From Aquificales bacterium (GTDB lineage: Bacteria > Aquificota > Aquificia > Aquificales > QOAS01): a stretch of 64,000 bases of DNA. How positions within the stretch are numbered: position 1 is the stretch's first letter; each line of letters opens with the position of its first letter. The stretch is taken from contig JALWDU010000094.1 in assembly GCA_027036735.1 (NCBI GenBank), forward strand, positions 2,326-66,325, written 5' to 3'. Made by a program: the position numbers and the translations under genes. The notes below the pieces were generated by a model. That model was not told where the DNA came from and did not search any database. It worked only from the letters and a program-made list of their open reading frames with translations. Below, piece after piece: positions 58,141 to 64,000 of the stretch.

Positions 58141-58400
58141 TTGTTTATAATAAACAAGGTAGGTTGGTTCTTTGGAAACACAAGGGGGAATAGGTGAGTT
58201 TCCTATTCCCCAACCCGCAAGGTTAAAAACAAAAATAAAAATAACAATGTTTAAAAACCTTGTGGGTTAGCCTAAAACAAGAATAAGCCCCTTGTGAGGG
58301 GATTGGGCTAACAACCCGCCTTGGTGGTGGCTATCTCCTTTTGGAGTAGCCACTGCCTAAAGTCAAGCCCCGCTGCTCATAGCGGGGTGGTTGAATTTTT
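58141..58400 (+). ncRNA. candidate structured RNA or cis-regulatory leader of unknown class, ending in a hairpin plus T-tract
   Basis: Stems: 58141-47/58151-57; 58185-94/58202-11 (10 bp); 58213-24/58256-67 (12 bp, A-rich 31-nt loop); 58266-72/58306-12; 58288-92/58297-301; 58327-38/58343-53; 58368-74/58381-87 followed by ...gaattttt. Confidence 0.35.
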
Positions 58401-58446
58401 AAGAAACATATGGAATTTTGGATTATCAACATTAAATTCCCTACAT

Positions 58447-59130
58447 ATGAAACTAAAAAAATTTGCAAAAACCCTACCGGGGATACTTTTTGCCCTTTTC
58501 CCCCTAACGGGGTTTGGGATAAATAACTTCCACTCCTACGGGGGGATATATCACTACGGAACACCTTACGGTCTCTATTACGTCGAAAACCTACCCAAAC
58601 ATAGGTTGAGTGAAAAGGAGAAAGAGGAACTCCTCTATATGAGGGAGGAGGAAAAACTGGCGAGGGATGTCTATTTGACCCTATACCGCAAGTGGAGGCT
58701 TCCAATCTTTAGAAATATCGCCCGCTCCGAGCAGAGACATATGGATATGGTCGGCGTCCTGATAAAAAAATACGGACTGAAAAACCCGGTAATAGACCGC
58801 GTGGGTGTATTTACCAACAAACACATTCGGGAGTTATACAACAAATTGGTCGCCGAAGGGGAAAAATCCCTCATCGACGCCCTGAAAGTGGGGGCGCTTA
58901 TAGAGGAGCTGGACATTACCGACCTCAAAAAGGCTATGGCGAATACCGACAACCGCGATATACGCATAGTTTACGCCAACCTGATGAAGGGCTCCAGAAA
59001 CCACCTTAGGGCTTTTGTCCGCCTTTTGAGACGCTTCGGCTACGACTACATCCCCAAATACCTACCTAAGGAGGGGTTCGAAAAAATAGTTTCCACACCT
59101 ATAGAGAGGGGTTTTATCCGAAACCCCTAA
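58447..59130 (+). CDS. DUF2202 ferritin-like protein with signal peptide
   Basis: MKLKKFAKTLPGILFALFPLTGFG, then LLYMREEEKLARDVY...ARSEQRHMD (ferritin-like E..H). The listed start at 58321 runs through the structured non-coding region. Confidence 0.7.
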   Translation: MKLKKFAKTLPGILFALFPLTGFGINNFHSYGGIYHYGTPYGLYYVENLPKHRLSEKEKEELLYMREEEKLARDVYLTLYRKWRLPIFRNIARSEQRHMDMVGVLIKKYGLKNPVIDRVGVFTNKHIRELYNKLVAEGEKSLIDALKVGALIEELDITDLKKAMANTDNRDIRIVYANLMKGSRNHLRAFVRLLRRFGYDYIPKYLPKEGFEKIVSTPIERGFIRNP

Positions 59131-59281
59131 GGGTTTTTTCCACCTCTCTTTAAGGACGTTTTGAGGAACAGTGATAAAAACACCTCCCTTGCAAACGCTT
59201 CCTTCCCGTTCCACAAAAGGGTTATCGGTTGCGAGCCTATCCGCAAAAGGTATTTGGAAGGGGGAATGTAGCCCTTCGGGA

Positions 59282-60133
59282 TTACTCGATATTGGCAACC
59301 TGCTGTCTCAGCTTGTCTATCGCCGTTTTCATCTCCACATTGAGGGGAAATAGGTCGGGTAATTTGTTCCCCATGGTGTTGACCTCTCGGAGCATCTCCT
59401 GCGTGATGAATTCGAGTTTTTTCCCTATGGGGAACCCCTTATTCAGTTCCTGCTTGAATAGGTTTATGTGGCTTTTCAGACGTTGGATTTCCTCGTTTAT
59501 ATCCGCTTTCTCGAGAAGGAGTTTTAGTTCGTTGACGACCAAACCGCTGTCGGTGTTGTTTAGCAACTCTTTAGCCCTCGAAAGGAGCTTCCTCTTGTAG
59601 TTTTCCACCAAAAGTGGCGCCCTCTTTTCCACCTCCTTCAGCAACCTCTCGAGGGTGCCGAGCTGATTTTCTATATCCTTTAGGAGGTGTTTGCCCTCCT
59701 CTTCCTTACTCCTAACGAAGTCGAGAAGGGCTTTTTCGAATACCTCGAAGAGGAGCCTTTTGAATTCCTCGCTCTCGATGTAGCTCTCCTCCGACGCGGC
59801 GGGGTTGTAAAATTTCATAGCCAGCTGGAGGGTGAGGTCGTCGGAGATATTCAAACCCAACCTTTTTGTGGCGGATAAAATCTCTTCGACCACCTCCGCC
59901 AGGTCGGATATTTTTACGGTGGGCTTAATCTTGAAAAACTCGAGCTGAACCGAAACCGATACATTTCCCCTGTAAACGGTATCCTTTAGTCTATTTCTCA
60001 ATTCCTTTTCGTAAATTACCAACTCCTTGGGGGTTCTAACCGATATTTCCAAACCTTTGCCGTTTACCGACCTTATTAGAACGACGAGTTTTAGGCGGTC
60101 ATCCCTGTAGTAGGCTTTCCCGAAACCGGTCAT
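59282..60133 (-). CDS. yicC: YicC-family stress-induced protein
   Basis: MTGFGKA start and C-terminal EFITQEMLREVNTMGNK motif. Confidence 0.85.
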   Translation of the reverse strand: MTGFGKAYYRDDRLKLVVLIRSVNGKGLEISVRTPKELVIYEKELRNRLKDTVYRGNVSVSVQLEFFKIKPTVKISDLAEVVEEILSATKRLGLNISDDLTLQLAMKFYNPAASEESYIESEEFKRLLFEVFEKALLDFVRSKEEEGKHLLKDIENQLGTLERLLKEVEKRAPLLVENYKRKLLSRAKELLNNTDSGLVVNELKLLLEKADINEEIQRLKSHINLFKQELNKGFPIGKKLEFITQEMLREVNTMGNKLPDLFPLNVEMKTAIDKLRQQVANIE

Positions 60134-60290
60134 ACTGCGAACGGTGTTTCCCATTAAGGAGTAAAATAGGCATCTTTCCCGCTTTGGGGTAGGCGCTTGA
60201 AATTTTGTTCCCGATAAGTCTCCCTGAAAAAAAAGCCCTCTCGGGTATCATTAATAAAGTTCAAAACAACAAAAACGGAGGTAAAAGATT

Positions 60291-60584
60291 ATGCCTTTCA
60301 AATTGCAGGAAACCTTTTTGAACACCGCGAGGAAACAGAGAATTAGGGTTTCCATCTATTTGGTAAACGGTATCAGACTTCAGGGTAGAATCCGTTCTTT
60401 CGACACCTACACCATTTTGCTCGACGACGGCAGAAACCAAACCCTCGTTTTCAAACACGCCATAACCACCATAATCCCCTCCGAGAGGATAGAGTTCAAA
60501 TTCCTCGGCGGTGGGGAAGAGCAGCAGGGTGCCGAAGCGGGTACCCAAACCGCCGAAGGAGAAATAGACCCCAACGCCCTTTAA
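60291..60584 (+). CDS. hfq: RNA chaperone Hfq
   Basis: Sm motifs LQETFLNTARKQRIRVSIYLVNGIRLQGRIRSFDTYTILL...VFKHAITTIIP. Confidence 0.95.
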   Translation: MPFKLQETFLNTARKQRIRVSIYLVNGIRLQGRIRSFDTYTILLDDGRNQTLVFKHAITTIIPSERIEFKFLGGGEEQQGAEAGTQTAEGEIDPNAL

Positions 60585-60590
60585 TCCCCG

Positions 60591-61058
60591 ATGTCCTTTA
60601 GACTTCTCCTTCTCCTCCTATCCCTATCGATTTGGATAGCCAACGGGTTTTATGCCGTATATTTCAACAAACTGCGCTTGGAGCAATACAAGCTTTTACG
60701 GGAGCTCAGGGAATTGAGGAGGGAAAATAACGAACTCTATTGGCGTATATCCCGCACTTTGAACTTTAAAAGGGGATTGGGATACGCCCAAAAGGAGGGA
60801 TTTAAAGCGGTAAAACCCTACAGGGTTTACAACTTTAAACCTTACTTGGAGGGGAAACCTCTAATAGATTTCTACTTCGTTTGGTTTGGAGACTATCCCA
60901 TAAAGGTTGCCAAAAAATTGGGTATCCCCCTAAAGGTTTTGGAGAGGTATAACCCCTCTTTGAGGTGGGGTTATCTTATTCCCGGTCAGAGGTTGATTTA
61001 TCCCGTATCCTCACCCTGTTTCGGTTTTGGAAAACCCCTTCCAGACCAACAAAAGTAA
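60591..61058 (+). CDS. LysM-domain protein with N-terminal TM helix and coiled coil
   Basis: TM LLLLLLSLSIWIANGFYAVYF. LysM-like YPIKVAKKLGIPLKVLERYNP...LIPGQRLIYP. Confidence 0.7.
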   Translation: MSFRLLLLLLSLSIWIANGFYAVYFNKLRLEQYKLLRELRELRRENNELYWRISRTLNFKRGLGYAQKEGFKAVKPYRVYNFKPYLEGKPLIDFYFVWFGDYPIKVAKKLGIPLKVLERYNPSLRWGYLIPGQRLIYPVSSPCFGFGKPLPDQQK

Positions 61059-61760
61059 TCCGAGCGAAATCATTACCAAACACACGATTTGGTTCCAGGT
61101 TAAACCCAAACCGGGAATGGGTGGGGTTACACCCCTTATAAACTCCAGGAGGAACCTTTCCGTTCCATACCACAGCAGGTATAGGGCGGCTATAAATCCG
61201 TCGAAGGGTTTGTTTCTGTAAAACCACCTAAGGAGGAGAAAGCCAATAAAGTTTCCGGTAGCCTCCATTAGTTGGGTTGGGTACAGGGGTATCCCCGAAG
61301 GGGCTACCGCTCCGGGCGGAAAAACCACTCCTATCGGGAGGTCGGTGGGCTTTCCGTAACAGCAGCCGGCGAGCCAGCACGAAAGCCTGCCCACCGAGTG
61401 GGCTAGCAACACCGATATACCCGCCACATCGGCGACCTTCCAAAAGGGAAGTCGGTAAAGTTTTATGACTACGCCCACGGCGACGGCGGCGAAGACCAAT
61501 GCCCCCAAAAAGTCCAGTCCGCCTTCCCAGATACGTATAAACTCGCCCGGGGATAGGTGGTGTTCCACCGCGTAAAAGAGTCTGGCGCCCAGAAGTGCGG
61601 ATACGAATGCTACGGCGAAGAGATTTTCAACCTTCTCCCGTTCGATGCCTTCTCTCCGGGAAAAGTGTATCGCGGAGAGGTAGGCGGTAAATACCGCGAG
61701 GAGTAGCATAACCCCGTAGGCGGGGATTTTCAAACCGAAGAGGTGGATAAAGGGGTGCAT
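61011..61760 (-). CDS. lgt: prolipoprotein diacylglyceryl transferase
   Basis: 249 aa, polytopic. GARL.Y, GGLDFLGA and YPTQLMEA motifs. Confidence 0.9.
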   Translation of the reverse strand: MHPFIHLFGLKIPAYGVMLLLAVFTAYLSAIHFSRREGIEREKVENLFAVAFVSALLGARLFYAVEHHLSPGEFIRIWEGGLDFLGALVFAAVAVGVVIKLYRLPFWKVADVAGISVLLAHSVGRLSCWLAGCCYGKPTDLPIGVVFPPGAVAPSGIPLYPTQLMEATGNFIGFLLLRWFYRNKPFDGFIAALYLLWYGTERFLLEFIRGVTPPIPGLGLTWNQIVCLVMISLGLLLLVWKGFSKTETG

Positions 61761-61771
61761 CTGAACTTATG

Positions 61772-62560
61772 TTAAGCCGCCTCCAAAAGACCGGCTTTTA
61801 TTTCCCCGACGGCTTCCCTCAAAGCGGTTAAATCTCCCTTTCCGGCGAGCTTTACGAAGTGGCTCCCCACCACTATGCCGTCGGCGATGGAACCTATAAC
61901 CCTCGCGTGCTCCCTCTTGGATATTCCAAACCCCACAACCACCTTTTTGTCGCAAAGGGAACGGTAAAGCCTTATCCTCTCCGAAAGTTGTCCGACGGGC
62001 AGCCTTTCCCTCTCCCCGGTGATACCGGTTACCGAAACGTAATAGGTGAACACGTCGGTATTGTCGCAAATCAGCCTTAGCCTTTCCGGCGTGGATGTGG
62101 GGGCGGCTAGCATAATCAAAGCCAACCCAAATCTTTCCGTTACCCCCCTTAGGGGTGCGCTCTCCTCGGGGGGGAGGTCGGGGACGATGAAGCCGTCTAT
62201 GCCCGCTTCTGCGAAAGCGGCTACAAATCTCCCCAAACCTATTTTAAAAATGGGATTGTAGTAGGTCATGAGTATAAGGGGGGTTTCGGGATAGCGCCCC
62301 CTAAGTTCGGATACAACCTTTAAAACATCCGCGAAACGGACGCCGTTTTCCAACGCCCTTTCGTGGGCAACCTGTATCGTGGAACCGTCCGCCACCGGGT
62401 CGGAAAAGGGGTAACCTATTTCGACTATATCGCTTCCGCCCTCTATGAGGGTTTTGAAGGCTTCCACCGATGTGGGGAGGTCGGGATAACCGACCATCAT
62501 ATAGGATACGAGAACCTTTTTTTTCCGCACGAAGGTTTCCTTTAACCTTTCCGACATCAA
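61772..62560 (-). CDS. trpA: tryptophan synthase alpha chain
   Basis: VEIGYPFSDPVADGSTIQ, YYNPIF and GFGIS motifs. Confidence 0.92.
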   Translation of the reverse strand: MMSERLKETFVRKKKVLVSYMMVGYPDLPTSVEAFKTLIEGGSDIVEIGYPFSDPVADGSTIQVAHERALENGVRFADVLKVVSELRGRYPETPLILMTYYNPIFKIGLGRFVAAFAEAGIDGFIVPDLPPEESAPLRGVTERFGLALIMLAAPTSTPERLRLICDNTDVFTYYVSVTGITGERERLPVGQLSERIRLYRSLCDKKVVVGFGISKREHARVIGSIADGIVVGSHFVKLAGKGDLTALREAVGEIKAGLLEAA

Positions 62561-62584
62561 AGGTTAAAAGGATAAGGGAGGGGG

Positions 62585-63754
62585 TTAACCTCCTTTGGGT
62601 TTGGATGGGATTAGCAATTTCACCAGGAGGGGAAAGATGACGCTACTCAAAATGGTTAGCAGAATTACCGTCCCGAAATCGGTTGAGTTCCAAATCCCCT
62701 TTTCGTGGAGGATTTTTCCAACCGCTATGAGAACCGTAAAGGGGAACGAAAATAGGAGGGCGGCGGCGAAGACCTCCTTGAGGCTAAAACCTAATAATTT
62801 CAACCAGAGGGAGGAGAGTAGTTTCACCGCAAAAATTCCAAAGGTCAGCAGTAGGGTGAGCGAAACGAACAGCGGCGAGAGGGCTGAAAAGTCGAAGGAT
62901 AACCCCACCTGGATAAAGAAGAAGGGAATGAGAAAGCCGTAACCGAAAGCCGAAAGCCTCCCCTCGAAGTGCTCCTTATCCCTGAATATAAAGCCCAAAA
63001 GGGTGCCGGCTATAAAGGCGCCCAAAATGGGTTCCACGTGTATGAGGGAGGTAAACGCCATAAATAGGAGCATGAGGGCGAAGCTCGCCCTTATATCCAC
63101 CGCCGCTTTGGTCTCCTCAACCACCAGGGCGGCGAAACGCTCGGGAAAATACCAAACCAGGAGTTTTAACAGCTTTAGCAGGAGGACAAAGATTAACCCG
63201 AAAAAACCTATAAGGGCTAGGTGGATGTAGAAGGAAACCCCCAGGTGGAAGGATAGGTATAGGTCGTAAACCGTTAGGAGGAGTAATGTCAAAACTTCTC
63301 CCAAACTTCCGGTGATGAGCACTATCTGAACGAAGTAGGGGGGTAAATCCAACTCCCTCAAAACGGTCAGCATCAAACCAATCCCCATAGAGGATAGGAG
63401 CAATCCAACCGAGGGGGGGAAGTTTAGGAGTTTCACAACCAGTAGGGAGAGGAGAAAGTTTGTAACCACCACGAGGGTTATTACGAATTTCTCCTTCGGT
63501 TTTAGGGTTTCGAGTCTGTTCCAGTCTATTTCCAAACCGGCGAGGAACATTAAGAGCGAAAAACCCAAAAAGGCGAGGAAATCTATGTAAACGAAAGCCT
63601 CCTCCCCTATGCGGAACCTCTCGAAGGTGTAGAGTAGAACCATCCCGTAGAGGAGTTCCCCCACCGCGACGGGTAACCTCAAAAGGGGTGCCAGAAAGGG
63701 TATTACAAATACCCCTAAGGTTATGAGGATTAAAACCAGCAGTTGGGTTTCCAT
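62585..63754 (-). CDS. cation:proton antiporter (CPA2/Kef-like) membrane protein
   Basis: 389 aa, about 11-12 TM helices. Sodium/hydrogen-exchanger-family pattern (FLAGLEID). Confidence 0.8.
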   Translation of the reverse strand: METQLLVLILITLGVFVIPFLAPLLRLPVAVGELLYGMVLLYTFERFRIGEEAFVYIDFLAFLGFSLLMFLAGLEIDWNRLETLKPKEKFVITLVVVTNFLLSLLVVKLLNFPPSVGLLLSSMGIGLMLTVLRELDLPPYFVQIVLITGSLGEVLTLLLLTVYDLYLSFHLGVSFYIHLALIGFFGLIFVLLLKLLKLLVWYFPERFAALVVEETKAAVDIRASFALMLLFMAFTSLIHVEPILGAFIAGTLLGFIFRDKEHFEGRLSAFGYGFLIPFFFIQVGLSFDFSALSPLFVSLTLLLTFGIFAVKLLSSLWLKLLGFSLKEVFAAALLFSFPFTVLIAVGKILHEKGIWNSTDFGTVILLTILSSVIFPLLVKLLIPSKPKGG

Positions 63755-63755
63755 A

Positions 63756-64000
63756 TCACTCCTCCGCCCTCTCGGTGGGAATTCCCAAAACCGATTTCGG
63801 GGAGTCCTTCGCCAGTAGGTAGGGGGGGTAGGGGTCGAAGAAGCCTATACCGTGGGGAACGTATCCGACGACCAGGAGGTCGTGGTTTTCGAGGAGTTTA
63901 AGGGTTTTGCGCTTCGGATTGCCCTCCTTCCGAACGATTTCCACCTTTTTACGCAAGCCGTAGAGTTTGCCGTATTCGTCTATTAGCTTAAAGGTCCTTT
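63756..64000 (-). CDS. hypothetical protein, C-terminal fragment (5' end outside window)
   Basis: The frame stays open to the window edge (…RTFKLIDEYGKLYGLRKKVEIV...). The stop lies 1 nt upstream of the antiporter start. The listed TTG start is internal. Confidence 0.4.
   Translation of the reverse strand, partial: RTFKLIDEYGKLYGLRKKVEIVRKEGNPKRKTLKLLENHDLLVVGYVPHGIGFFDPYPPYLLAKDSPKSVLGIPTERAEE

Noticed and set aside
58185-58355. Possible cobalamin riboswitch (GGTGAGTTTCC, ACCCGCAAGG, GCCACTG and ACAACCCGCC loosely resemble the GGUGaaAauCC, CCCGCCACUGU and B12-box elements).
   Set aside because: The elements are in the wrong order. The AGGGAA-like stretch is locked in a perfect 10-bp helix. 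The matches are partial, and the downstream gene is not B12-related. I report it only as a structured RNA of unknown class.
58321-58446. N-terminal 42-aa extension of the DUF2202 gene (listed start 58321).
   Set aside because: It is translated from the hairpin-rich non-coding segment. The ATG at 58447 gives a normal signal peptide directly.

Overview
This 64-kb chromosomal window comes from a thermophilic, Aquificota-like bacterium. That placement is an inference: the Hfq and ArgD products closely resemble Aquifex proteins as I recall them, the proteins are K/E/R-rich, and AGG/AGA/ATA codons are common. I ran no database search and computed no statistics; everything here is read by eye from the sequence and the ORF track.

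The backbone is densely packed housekeeping genes: mtnP, gatB, nadC, ligA, thiD, argD, moeA, hemE, bamD, rsfS, lipA, purH, pilT/pilC, hldD, nrdAB, nfnAB-like, maf, tsaB/tsaE, dnaE, yicC, hfq, lgt and trpA.

Accessory content interrupts this backbone:
1. An AT-rich McrBC-type restriction islet (9.6-12.6 kb) with an atypical McrB.
2. Three toxin-antitoxin-like pairs: DUF6516/wHTH, RelE/RHH, and HEPN/MNT. The HEPN/MNT pair sits between the two subunit genes of an NfnAB-like oxidoreductase.
3. A solo IS200/IS605-family TnpB element with a predicted omegaRNA region (23.1-24.4 kb).
4. An orphan CRISPR array (33.2-33.9 kb) with 8 good and 3 decayed 29-nt repeats, most likely transcribed on the minus strand, and no cas genes nearby.
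5. Four inteins: three in dnaE and one in nrdA.
6. An AT-rich island (about 55.0-58.4 kb), the most interesting region. Its only intact gene is a 582-aa stand-alone Csx1-like CARF/HEPN protein. Around it are CRISPR-repeat-like fragments, a copy of the palindrome that flanks the TnpB element, and a densely structured non-coding segment.

No rRNA or tRNA genes were recognised.
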